Source of the DNA: a bacterium
GTDB lineage: Bacteria; Zhuqueibacterota; Zhuqueibacteria; Zhuqueibacterales; Geothermadaptataceae
Direction of reading: 5' to 3'
Length of the DNA: 64,000 nt
Assembly (NCBI GenBank): GCA_024275575.1
Contig: JAJRYV010000047.1
Location: forward strand, 40,789-104,788
Below are positions 38,390 to 49,600 of the stretch, in pieces. Each line of letters begins with the position of its first letter. Positions within the stretch are counted from its first letter, which is position 1. The notes below the pieces were generated by a model. That model had not been told where the DNA came from and ran no database searches. It saw only the letters and a program-made list of their open reading frames with translations. The translations under genes and the position numbers were made by a program.

Positions 38390-39631
38390 TTGAAAGTATT
38401 GATGATCGACAAGTATTATTTTATCAAAGGTGGGGCTGAACGCTATTATTTTGAGTTATCAAAAGTTTTACAGGCCTTTGGCCATGAAGTGATTCCATTT
38501 TCCATGCAGCATGAAGAAAATTTTCCCACGCAGTATGCCGACTATTTCGTTCCCAATATCGAATTCAATGGCCTGTCGGCAGCGCAAAAAATCCGTCAGA
38601 TGCCGGAAATTATCGGTCGTATCATGTATTCCCGCGAAGCGAAAGAAGCGGTGACCCGCCTCATCGAAGCGACGCAACCCGATATCGTCCATTTGCACAT
38701 GATCGATCATCAACTCTCACCGTCGATTCTGCATGCCTTCCGCGATGCCGGCATCCCGGTGATTCAAACCTGCCATCAATACAAATTGGTGTGCCCGAGT
38801 TATCGCCTTTTTATCATGCATAAAAACGAAGTCTGCGAGCGCTGTATCTCCGGCGATTTTTATCATGCTTTCGCACAGAAATGTTTAAAAGATTCCCGCA
38901 CCGGCAGCGCCATCGTCACCGCGGAAAGTTATTTACATAAATGGATGAAAATTTACGATCACATCGATCTCTTACATGTTCCCAGCCGTTTCCTCGGGCA
39001 AAAACTGGTGCAGGGTGGGTTCCCGCAAGAAAAAATCTGGCATAATTTCTACACCATCAATCTCGATGATTATCCGTTTCATCCCGAATTTGAAAATTAC
39101 TGTCTTTATTTCGGACGCCTTTCTCAGGAAAAGGGCATCGAGACCCTGCTAAAAGCGATGCAATCGCAAAAGGCAGTCAAATTACTTATCGCCGGTGAGG
39201 GCCCCTACCGGCCGCGTCTCGAGAAGATGAAAGCTGAAATGGGGCTGGAGAATGTCACCTTCCTTGGCAATAAGGGCGGACAGGAGCTGGTGAACCTGGT
39301 GCAGAAAGCCCGCTTCATCGTCGTGCCCTCGGAGTGGTACGATAATTCACCGCTGGTGATTTACGAGGCTTTTTCCATGGGCAAACCGGCGATTGTCAGC
39401 ACTATGGGTGGTATGCCCGAACTGGTGGATGATGGCGAGAACGGCTTTCATTTTTCCGCCGGCCGGGCCGATGAGCTCGCTGAAAAAATCGGCACGCTAT
39501 GGTCTGATGAGGAGCAAATCAGAAAGTTCAGCGCCAACGCGCGGCAGAAAGCTGTTGCCGAATTCAGCCCGGACAGCCATTACCAAAACATCATTACGAT
39601 TTATGAAAAACTCATCGAAAACAGAAAGTAA
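38390..39631 (+). CDS. GT4 glycosyltransferase
   Basis: TTG start after GAGG. N-terminus MKVLMIDKYYFIKGGAERY and C-terminal DNSPLVIYEAFSMGKPAIVS. Confidence 0.85.
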   Translation: MKVLMIDKYYFIKGGAERYYFELSKVLQAFGHEVIPFSMQHEENFPTQYADYFVPNIEFNGLSAAQKIRQMPEIIGRIMYSREAKEAVTRLIEATQPDIVHLHMIDHQLSPSILHAFRDAGIPVIQTCHQYKLVCPSYRLFIMHKNEVCERCISGDFYHAFAQKCLKDSRTGSAIVTAESYLHKWMKIYDHIDLLHVPSRFLGQKLVQGGFPQEKIWHNFYTINLDDYPFHPEFENYCLYFGRLSQEKGIETLLKAMQSQKAVKLLIAGEGPYRPRLEKMKAEMGLENVTFLGNKGGQELVNLVQKARFIVVPSEWYDNSPLVIYEAFSMGKPAIVSTMGGMPELVDDGENGFHFSAGRADELAEKIGTLWSDEEQIRKFSANARQKAVAEFSPDSHYQNIITIYEKLIENRK

Positions 39632-40638
39632 TGGATACTAAAAAGCGAATTTTAATCACCGGCGGCGCTGGATTCATCGGTTCACATCTGACGGATAATT
39701 TGCTCGAGCGAGGCGATGAGGTGGTGGTGATCGACGATCTCTCCACCGGCAGCCTGGAAAATTTGCAGCAAGCTTTCACCTCGCCGCTTTTTACTTTTAT
39801 CGAAGGTAATATCATTGGTAACCGGTTGCTTTTCGAGCTTGTGCGCGATGTGGATACGGTCTTCCATCTCGCCGCTGCGGTAGGTGTCGATTACATTCTC
39901 GCCAATCGCGTCGAAAGCATCGAACGCTGCGTTGAAGGTACGCGCCCGGTTTTTGAAGCGGCAGGCCGTTTTCGAAAAAGAGTTATTTTTAGCAGCACCT
40001 CGGAGGTTTACGGCGAAAGCGGTGCCTTGCCGTTTGCCGAAAACGGTAAATTGGTCATCGGCACACCACAGACTTTTCGCTGGAGTTATGCCTGTGCCAA
40101 AGCATTGGATGAATTCATGGCGCTGGCGTTTCATAAAGAGCAGGGGCTCGATGTGGTGATTCCGCGATTGTTCAACACTGTCGGCCCGCGTCAATCGGCA
40201 AAGTACGGCATGGTTTTACCGCGATTTCTCAAACAGGCGCTGAACAACGAACCATTGACCGTGTTCGGTGACGGCAGCCAGAGCCGTTGCTTTTGCTACA
40301 TCGATGACGTGGTGCGGGCGCTGGTTGATTTGATGCATTGCCCGGGGGCAGCAGGGGAGATCGTCAACATCGGTTCAGCCGAGGAAGTCACTATTGATGA
40401 GCTGGCGCAGCGGGTGATTATTCAAACCAACAGCTGCGCCGATATTAAAAATATACCGCTGGATCAGGCACGCGGCGAAGGTTTCGCCGATATGCAGCGG
40501 CGGGTACCGGATTTACGCAAAGTGGCAAAGTTGATCGGCTGGCAGCCGCGCTATCGTCTGGAATCGATTATTGCTATTCTGGCGCGGAAACTACAATCGC
40601 AAAAACAAGATGCGGGCGCGAAGCTGCGTATCACTTAG
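39631..40638 (+). CDS. NAD-dependent epimerase/dehydratase (extended SDR, UDP-sugar 4-epimerase/decarboxylase-like)
   Basis: TAATG overlap with the upstream gene. ITGGAGFIGSHL Rossmann motif and YxxxK (YACAK). Confidence 0.85.
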   Translation: MDTKKRILITGGAGFIGSHLTDNLLERGDEVVVIDDLSTGSLENLQQAFTSPLFTFIEGNIIGNRLLFELVRDVDTVFHLAAAVGVDYILANRVESIERCVEGTRPVFEAAGRFRKRVIFSSTSEVYGESGALPFAENGKLVIGTPQTFRWSYACAKALDEFMALAFHKEQGLDVVIPRLFNTVGPRQSAKYGMVLPRFLKQALNNEPLTVFGDGSQSRCFCYIDDVVRALVDLMHCPGAAGEIVNIGSAEEVTIDELAQRVIIQTNSCADIKNIPLDQARGEGFADMQRRVPDLRKVAKLIGWQPRYRLESIIAILARKLQSQKQDAGAKLRIT

Positions 40639-40728
40639 TTGGAAGATTAATCTTTTAAAAATCATCTCGTCGATTTTCTCTGCGCCCCTATGATCCGGCG
40701 AGAAGAATAAAGGTTTTAAGGATTTAAA

Positions 40729-41868
40729 ATGGCAGATAAAGTTCGGGTTATGCAAATTGTCGATGGCTTTCGCATGGGTGGCGCGGAAAATAAACTGTGG
40801 GAACTGGTGGAACATCTCGACCCGGAAAAATTTGAATCATTCGTCGCCAACGTCGGGCCATCCGGGCCGCTGGAAGACCGCTTCAAAGCCATCGATGTGC
40901 CGGTTTTCGATTGCAGCCGCAAGCACCGGTTTGACGTCGCACCGATTTTTAAGCTGAAAAAAATCATGCAGCAGCATAAAATTGATGTCGTACAGAACAC
41001 ACTTTTCTGGGCTGATATGGTGGGTTCCATGGCAGCGCGGTTGGCGAAAGTGCCGGCAATCATTTCATGGGAGACGGTAACGCATGAAGGTAATCCTTAC
41101 CATGCCGAGTTGCAGCGCCGTTTCGGTTATCAGATTGCGATGAAATTTACCGATTGTGTGGCTGCAGTTTCGCACGAAATCAAACAGAGCCTGCAAACCA
41201 GACGCAATCTGCCTGCTGAAATGATCGAGGTCATTCACTACGGTGTCGATCTGCAAAAATTTTCCCCCGATGATACGTCGGCTGTTAAAAGAGAAGAGCT
41301 CGGTTTTTCTCCCGATGATGTGGCAATCGTCATCGTCGCCCGGCTGGAAAAAGTGAAGGGGCATCGTTATTTTATCGAGGCTTTTAGCAAAATCGCGGCA
41401 AGATACCCGCAGGCGCGGGTGATTTTCGTCGGAGACGGGGCGGAGCGAAACATGCTTGAAAACCTGGCACATAAAGCCGGTTTAAACGGGCAATTGCAAT
41501 TTCTTGGCATCCGCCACGATGTGCCGCATATTTTAAATGCCGTCGATTTTTTCGTCTTGCCGTCGATCGCCGGCGAAGGTTTGCCGAACGTGGTACTCGA
41601 GGCTATGGCTTGCCGTAAACCGGTCGTTGCCGCTGATGTCGGTGGCACCGCCGAGGCTGTCGCCGATGGCAAAAACGGTTTTATCTTCCCGCCGAAAGAT
41701 GTTGATAAAATGGCTGCCGCACTGGAAAAACTCATTTCCGACCGGTCGCTATTACAGGAATTCAGTGCAAAATCTCGCCAAATCGCTGAAACGGATTTTT
41801 CGCTCGCCAAAGAAGTTAATGCATTTCAGCAACTTTACCTGAAACTTCTTGCACAAAAGAAAAAATAA
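40729..41868 (+). CDS. GT4 glycosyltransferase
   Basis: 379 aa with N-terminus VRVMQIVDGFRMGGAE and EX7E-type motif EGLPNVVLEAMACRKPVVA. Confidence 0.85.
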   Translation: MADKVRVMQIVDGFRMGGAENKLWELVEHLDPEKFESFVANVGPSGPLEDRFKAIDVPVFDCSRKHRFDVAPIFKLKKIMQQHKIDVVQNTLFWADMVGSMAARLAKVPAIISWETVTHEGNPYHAELQRRFGYQIAMKFTDCVAAVSHEIKQSLQTRRNLPAEMIEVIHYGVDLQKFSPDDTSAVKREELGFSPDDVAIVIVARLEKVKGHRYFIEAFSKIAARYPQARVIFVGDGAERNMLENLAHKAGLNGQLQFLGIRHDVPHILNAVDFFVLPSIAGEGLPNVVLEAMACRKPVVAADVGGTAEAVADGKNGFIFPPKDVDKMAAALEKLISDRSLLQEFSAKSRQIAETDFSLAKEVNAFQQLYLKLLAQKKK

Positions 41869-41958
41869 TTTACAATTGGAACAGGCTTATTGTTTTAGTT
41901 TACAGAACCTTACCATCGCATTTTCAACATTTTAATAAATGATAGATGAAATCTGCCC

Positions 41959-43392
41959 ATGAGCAAACTGAGGCGTCTCTTTAAAAATACACTCGTTTTG
42001 ATGCTGTCAAATGTTCTGCAGCCGGTGATGGGATTTTATCTCATCGTCGTCATCAGTGATTTGATGGGCGCTGAAGGGCTCGGCGAATACAATACGATTT
42101 TCAATTACTTGCTTATTTTTCAGGTGAGCGCTGCATTCGGCCTGCGCAATTTGCTCACCCGCGATCTGGCGCAAGACAAGGACAAAACCGCAGCATATCT
42201 CATTAACGGCAGTGTGATCGCATTGACTAGTTCGTGCGCCAGCGCATTGCTCATGGGTTTCTGTGTGTGGCTCATCAGCGATGACCCGGTGATCATTTCG
42301 GGAACATGGATCGCGGCGTTGTCGCTTATCGCCACCGGTGTCGGTGATGTGTACGAGGGCGCGATACGCGGTTTTGAACACATTGCGCAGATCGGCTACG
42401 CATGGATCGCGGAGAATTTCGCCCGTGTCCTCATTTGCCTGTGGTTGATTTTTAATGATTACGGCATCATTCCGCTGGTGTGGACTTATGTGGCGCTGCG
42501 TTTTCTCAAAGTGCTTTATTATGGCTGGTACGTCAATAGCCATCTGGAGAAGCTGGCCCAAAAAATCGACTGGTCTTTCATGTGGCAACTGATTGGTAAA
42601 GCGAAAGTTTTTGCCTTTACTGTTTTTGCGGTCACCATATATTGGCGTGCCGATGTGATCATGCTCGAATCGATGCTCTCGGAACGGGACGCCGGGTTTT
42701 ATTCTGCGGCTTATCGCTTTCTCGCTATCGCCATCATCCTCGTCGATAGCTTTGTCAATTCGCTTTTCCCGGTTCTGGCCAATCTGCACACCGATGATGA
42801 GGATAGTTTTCAGGTCGCTTGCCGCAAATCTCTGCGCCTGCTGGTTACCGCGGTGACGCCATTTGCCCTGCTGGTTTCTCTTTATGCCGGCGAGATCATC
42901 CATTTTGTTTTCCCGGCCGAGTTTGAAGTTTCGGTTCCTGTGCTGCGGCTGATCATCTGGACGATCGTACCGTACTCGATCTCGCAAATTTTTGCTTATG
43001 CGCTCGTCGCCGCTAAAAAGCAGCACATCGATTTGCTTGTGAACGTGCTGGCAATGCTGGCAAATGTCATATTGAACTGGTTTCTCATTCCACGCTGGGG
43101 GGTGATGGGTGCAACCAGTGCAACTTTTATCTCCATTTTCATCTATGTCGGCATTCAGGTGCCGTTTGTATTTCAGAAAACCATTATCATTCCCACCGGA
43201 GAGATCCACCGCAGGTTGCACAAGATCATCCTGCCGTTGCTCGCTATTTTTGCCATCTATTATTCAACTTCCCATTTTTCCTGGTTAGTGATGACACCCA
43301 TCGCATTTCTGCTCTATGTGGTTTCGCTGTTTATTTTCGGTGGCATCAACAAAGGTGACCGCGCTCTTTTAAAGCGTATTCTCAAGCGTTGA
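41959..43392 (+). CDS. Wzx-like polysaccharide flippase (MOP superfamily), second copy
   Basis: 477-aa polytopic protein with a typical polysaccharide-biosynthesis-protein N-terminus (LRRLFKNTLVLMLSNVLQPVMGF). Confidence 0.8.
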   Translation: MSKLRRLFKNTLVLMLSNVLQPVMGFYLIVVISDLMGAEGLGEYNTIFNYLLIFQVSAAFGLRNLLTRDLAQDKDKTAAYLINGSVIALTSSCASALLMGFCVWLISDDPVIISGTWIAALSLIATGVGDVYEGAIRGFEHIAQIGYAWIAENFARVLICLWLIFNDYGIIPLVWTYVALRFLKVLYYGWYVNSHLEKLAQKIDWSFMWQLIGKAKVFAFTVFAVTIYWRADVIMLESMLSERDAGFYSAAYRFLAIAIILVDSFVNSLFPVLANLHTDDEDSFQVACRKSLRLLVTAVTPFALLVSLYAGEIIHFVFPAEFEVSVPVLRLIIWTIVPYSISQIFAYALVAAKKQHIDLLVNVLAMLANVILNWFLIPRWGVMGATSATFISIFIYVGIQVPFVFQKTIIIPTGEIHRRLHKIILPLLAIFAIYYSTSHFSWLVMTPIAFLLYVVSLFIFGGINKGDRALLKRILKR

Positions 43393-43698
43393 TTGCCGAA
43401 TTCCCGCCTATTTTCAAACAATAAAATTCAGCCGCAAAACCCAGTGGGTTAAAGTGAAACATTGTTGAAATGTAACGCGAATTCAGTGTTCGCTCATGAG
43501 ACAGTGTCGTCGTAGGAATACGCTGTGAAAGTATCATTTTGAACTTGACTTATGAAAAAAATGCCACTGGCATAAAGTTTGTTAACGATGCCATGTGATT
43601 AAAACGATAACTATCATATGAACTGGAAAATAACTGCAGCATGGCAAGGAAATGGATTCCTGCCCTGACTCTTGATAGACTAATCAAGGAGAGAACGA

Positions 43699-46600
43699 AT
43701 GTTTACAAAAGTAAGCCGTACAATGAAAAAGACACAACGTCTCATCGGAGTATCACTTCTCGTATTTGGATTAGGAAGTGCGGCCACTGTAAATGCCCAG
43801 GTTTTTACGGATGATTTCAACCGGGCCAACTCAACCAATCTCGGTGGGAACTGGCAGGAAGGAACCGGCTTTGAAATCAGCAATAACCAGTTGATTATGA
43901 CCGCAACCGGAACACCGGACGGTTTTAATGATTTCTGGGCTGTTTCGACACAGGCTATTGATCCCAACTCGGTGCAAATGACCTTCGGGCCAGATTCTGA
44001 CGAGCTGGGCCGGCAGTATTCCGGCTTGCTGGTTCTGGTTGAAAATGACGCCCAGAATAAACCCAATGGTTATCTGATATTCCGCCCCAAAAGTGGTACT
44101 TCATATCGCTTGAAGTTGTTTGAAGTGCAGGCTGGTGTGGTTGTCGGCAGTAATATTCAGGATATTGCCTCCAATACAAATGCGGCCACCGCAGCCGGGG
44201 ATGTTTTTAAAGTCGTGTTTTATAAAACCGGCTCAACACGAACATTTAACGTTTTTCTCAACGGCACACATGAGGGAACACTGGTCGATACGCAGGGCTT
44301 GCAAGGCGGCGCCGCAGCGACCTATGCCGGAATCATGATCAACAATAATACGACTAATGCTGTTGATGATTTTCGTATGGAAACGGTCAATGATGCGACA
44401 GCGCCGGGCACGATTTCCCTTTCTGCCGGCTCTCCGACGACCAGTTCCATCGATTTGAGCTGGACGGCTGTCGGCGACGACGGTAATACTGGTCAGGCCG
44501 TCAGTTATGATATTCGTTATTCGCTGAGCGCTATTACAGACGCCAATTTCGCAAGCGCCAGCCAGCTTGGCGCCCCGGCCCCGCAAGCTGCCGGGCAGAC
44601 GGAAAACCTGACCGTCAATGGCCTGGCTGAGGGCACGACTTACTTTTTTGCCATTAGAGCTATCGATGAATTCGGCAATGTCGGCGCTATTTCCAATTCG
44701 CCTTCCGCGACGACTACGACCAGTGGCGGCGGTGGTGGTGGAGGCGGCAGTGGCGGATATGTGCCGACCACTCTGGTAAATCAGACCGATGACTTTGAAC
44801 GTGCCGGGCCAAACCTGGGCGGAAACTGGAGCGCTGACGCGACACTTAATATCGTTGGGGGGACAGTACAAACGACAACCTCTGCGCCGGACGCGTTTGA
44901 TTTTGGCGCCGTTTTCACAAAAGCCAAAAAGCCCTATGAGATTTCTTTCACCTGGGGCGCCAATGCAGATGCCAATTTACTGCAGTATTCAGGGATTTTT
45001 ATTGCAAAAAACGGAACCGATACTGCGGATGGCTATCTGATTCAACGCCGCATCGGCAGCCCCTCGAAAACTGTTTTGTATCAGGTTACTGGTGGTGTGC
45101 CGGGCGCTGAATTGGGCTCTGGCAATTCCCAGAGTGCGGCAGACCCTGGTCCTGGTTCCACGCTGAAAGTTGCCTTGACTTTCGGTACTGCCGGTGAACT
45201 CAATATAACCGTCTCGGTTGACGGAAGTTTTGACCGCGAATTTCAGGTTGTCAGTCCCGGATTCGATCAGAACTCCGACTGGTGGGGTGGATTTATTCTC
45301 AACAATAATGTCAGCGGAACCGGTAATGAAATCGATGCTTTTACTGTGGGGATTGAACCAACCGGCCCGACAGACCTGAACTTGATCTCCGGCGGTAATC
45401 AGGAAACGCCGGTCGCTACCGTTTTCCCGCAACCAATTGTGCTTGAATTACTCGATTCCAATGGTGAAGCGGTTGTCGGAGAAGAAATCGAATTCATTGT
45501 CAACCCGCCGAATGCGGTGACTTTCGATAAAACCGGCGACGGCAATATCCGCAAAGAAGCGGAAAACGGCATCATCGACGGCAACGCGGGAATTGCTGAT
45601 TATATGTTAATCAAATCCGATGCTAACGCCTCTGGCGGCAAATACGTCACTTATGATGTTGCCGCAGGTAGCCCCGGACCGGATGGCTGGGTGCAAATAA
45701 ATTTCAATATCCCGGAAACAAATACCTATTACATCTGGATGCGTTATCTCGGTAAAGATAATAGCGTAGGGAGTTACAGCTTTAAAGTTGAACTCGATGA
45801 GGATGGTGATCAATTTCTCTATGAATTGAGCTATTCCGCCAACTGGCGCTGGGTGAAAGTTTTTAAAAACGGCGTCCAGTTTACCCCATCGCTGACAGCC
45901 GGAAACCACAATCTTCGCTTCCATGCCTGGCATGATCAGACCTGGCTCGATAAAATTTTGATCACCAAAGATCCCAATTATGTGCCCTCCGGTCTCGAGC
46001 CCTCACAAGGTTATGTTACTGATGCGACCGGCCAGGTCTCGGCGACGCTTACCGCCGGTAATACGCCTGGAGCGGTTGATTTAACGGCACAATACGGTCA
46101 ATTGCAAGCAGTGGTACCCGGGCTCGCCATCACTGCCGATGATGCGGCGACACTTTCCGTAGTAAAACGTCCGGGCGACGGCCAGGCCGGCCAAGTGAGC
46201 GATTCCCTGATCGTGCGTGTCGACGATGACAAAGGCAATCCGGTTGCAGGATATAAAGTACACTTCCTCGTCACACAGGGTGGTGGTTATTTAAATACTA
46301 CCGCACCGGTGATCACCGATGCCAACGGGTTGGCATATGTCTTTTTAACTTACGGTGCTCAATCCGGTGTTAATATCGTCAAGGCTTATGCGCAGAGCCT
46401 CTCCGGCTCACCGGCGACTTTTACACCGTTGACAACCTCGGGTGTGGCCAGCCGTCTGACTTTGCTGAATGGAAATAATCAGTCCGGTATCGCCGGTGAG
46501 CCGCTGGCGAACAATCTGGTGGTGAAAGTGGAAGATCAAGCTGGAGTCAGCGTCAAAGATTACCCCCTGTCATTTACCAGTATTGCTGATGGCGGTGTGA

Positions 46601-49600
46601 CCAACAGAAATAATCTGATTGCAAACGGTGATCTTGAAGGTGCCTATGTGGTGAAATCCGTCGGGGATGTCGCCCCAGGATGGGACGCCTGGCGTGCAGC
46701 CGATGTTGCGGTGACGCATAGCAAGGTTCCTGGCTATTTGAGCCAGAATGCCCAGCGCATCAATGTTTTGGGCATGAATAGCGCCTCTATTTCGCAGGGC
46801 CTGATCAACTTGCCGGCAACCACTAAACGTATGGTTTTGAGTTTCTACTATAAAATGACGGGTAAAACCAACCCGGGTGTAACGGTCCTTTTGCGCCAAG
46901 GCCTCGCCGATGTAATGGAAGAGGTGACCATTCCGCCGCTTGAAGGCAGTTGGCAGCAGTTCGTGCATTATTTTAATTATGATGCCGTCTATGATGAACT
47001 GTCGTTGCATTTGATTGTTAGCGATAGCATGATCGTCGATTTTGACCGGATTCGCATCGATTATGTTTCTGATTTAAACGGTGAAATGGTTGCGACCTGG
47101 ACGCTGGGCAATGCGGCCGGGACACAAAAGATCAAAGCTGAAGCTTTTAAAGGCGGATCACCGCTGGTTGGTTCGCCGAAAACTTTTACCGCGACTGCAA
47201 CAGCCGGCGATCCTTATGAGGTTCTGATTACCAGGGGACAGGATCAGGTCGGCGCTGCGAATACGGTGCTCCCGGTGCCGTTGGAAGTTAGAGTGACGGA
47301 TAAAGCCGGCAACGGCATTGCTAATCATGTTGTCGAATTTCATAATATTCAGGGTGGCGGATTACTGAACGGCAGCACGCTTTCTCCGGTTATTGTGAAT
47401 ACTGATACCAGCGGCTTCGCCTCGGTTAATATCACACTTGGGCCTGACAACAATGCAAATAGTATTGTGCGTTTCGATTCATATTTCAGCGGGTCGCCGC
47501 TCATTGGTTCCGGTGGCCAGTTTTTTGCCAGCACGGCGGAACCGAGTAAGTTTTCTTTGCATTCCGGTGTGGATCAGCAAGGATCGGCGGGGCTGCCTTT
47601 GCCTGAGTCGATTAAAATTCTCGTGCAGGATATCAACGATACACCAATTTCCGGTTATCCGGTGCAATTTCAGGTGGTCACCGGCGGCGGTAATTTTAAT
47701 GGCGAAACCCTGGTCGAAGTTCCAACCGGTGCGAACGGCATTGCTGCTGTTTCATTTACTCTCGGCAATGAACCCGGCGCCCTCAATACGATTGAAGCCT
47801 CGGTAGGCTTTAGCCAGACTTCATTACAAGTGAATGCCACGGCAGCAGATTTAAAACAAATTTCCCTGCTCGACGGCAATATCCAAATCGGTACAGTCGG
47901 CACTGAGCTGGCAAAACCGCTTAAAGTCAAAGTTGTCGATATGCTGAATAACGGCATCCCCAATTGGCTGACAGAATTTAGTGTGACTGCAGGTGGCGGC
48001 CATCTTGGAAACAACGATACGCAGAAACAGGTTTATACCGACGCTAACGGCGTGGCCCAGGTCAATTTTTTTCTCGGTCCTATTGCGGGCAACGGCAACA
48101 ACACTGTCGATGCGTTTACGAACTATAAAGGGCAGCCTTTGAACGGATCACCGGTTTCGTTTTCTGCTTCGGCAAAAGCAGGTGCGCCCAAACGCATTGA
48201 AATCGTCGGCGGTAATAACCAAAAAGGTGTTGTTGGCAACCCGCTTGCAGAACCGCTGCAGGTCAAAATCTCGGATAACGCCGGTAACGGCATCGCCAAC
48301 CACAATGTTGTTTTTACCATTAAAACCGGCGGCGGCAAGCTGCAGGGCGCCACGATACGAACGGTAAAAACAGACATTGACGGTCTTGCCAGTGTCTCAT
48401 TCAGTCTGGGTTCTACTGCGGGTGCGAATAACAACAAAGTTGAAGCTAGTGCGAAAAACGGCACGACGCCGCTGGAAAATTCTCCGGTAACCTTTATCGC
48501 CAGCGGCACGGCGAACAGCGCTTACAGTCTCGCCTATGAGCTTGGAAATAACCAGCAGGGATCAGCCGGTCAGGTGTTGGGTGATTCACTGCTCGTTGTC
48601 GTTAAAGACCGGCAGGGCAATCCGGTTGGACAACACCCGGTTGAGTTTATTGTGACAAAAGGTGGCGGTCGATTAAATGGCACGACGGACACGACCGTTG
48701 TCGACATTACCAATGCCCAGGGAAGGGCATCCGCTGCATGGTTTCTCGGTGGTGTGCTTGGCAATGCTGCACAGGAAGTGCAGGCCACCTCTACCGATGG
48801 TCAGGATCTGCTGCTCAACGCACCCGTCGTTTTTAAAGCGACAGCAAAAGCCGGCCTGCCGGATTCAATCAAATCCTACATCAACGCCATCACCCCGGTC
48901 GTTGCCGATGGCCAGACTAAATCGGAAATCGTCATCAACCTGCGGGATAAATTCAATAATCCCTATTCCGGTGGTTATGTGACGATTCAGGTTTCCGGCG
49001 ATGGCAATAATATCGATCAGCCCGTTACCGCTTCAGATGCACAAGGCGTGGTCAAAGCTTATGTCTCATCGCGCGTGGCGGGTATTAAAACAGTGAAAGC
49101 AATTGAATTAACCAGCGGGGTGCGCATTGCAACGGGAACGACAATTCAATTTCTGGCGCAGGCGGCTTCAAAATTATTGCTTGAATCCGGAAACGGCCAG
49201 GAGCGTAATTTAGGAACAGCGCTCGAAAGTCCGTTCGTGGTTAAAGTGACCGACATCAACGGCAATCCCATTTATAACCATCCGGTCAATTTTAAAACGG
49301 TATCCGGTACCGGATATATTTTTGAGCAACAACCGGTGCGTACTGATTCCGGCGGGTTGGCGCAGGTCACTTTTGTTCTCGGGCAAAATGGCTCTGGAAA
49401 CACTGTCCGCGCCTTTGCTGACGGTCTCAACGGCTCGCCGGTTTCCTTTAGCGCTACCGGGCATTCCAATATCGGTTCGATTGTTGTCAAAGGCACCGGC
49501 GATGGGCAGAGTGCTGCTGCCGGCGAACTTTTGCCGGAATCGCCGGGATTGAAAGTGCTGGATGCCGGCGGCAATCCCGTCTTTGGCCATCTTGTCACCT

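Noticed and set aside
42007-43221. 404-aa ORF on the minus strand, the longest unexplained ORF in the track
   Set aside because: It lies entirely antisense to the Wzx-like flippase gene (41959-43392). The translation is low-complexity, His/Arg/Asp/Gln-rich and has no recognisable motif. This is the typical shadow ORF opposite a hydrophobic membrane-protein gene.
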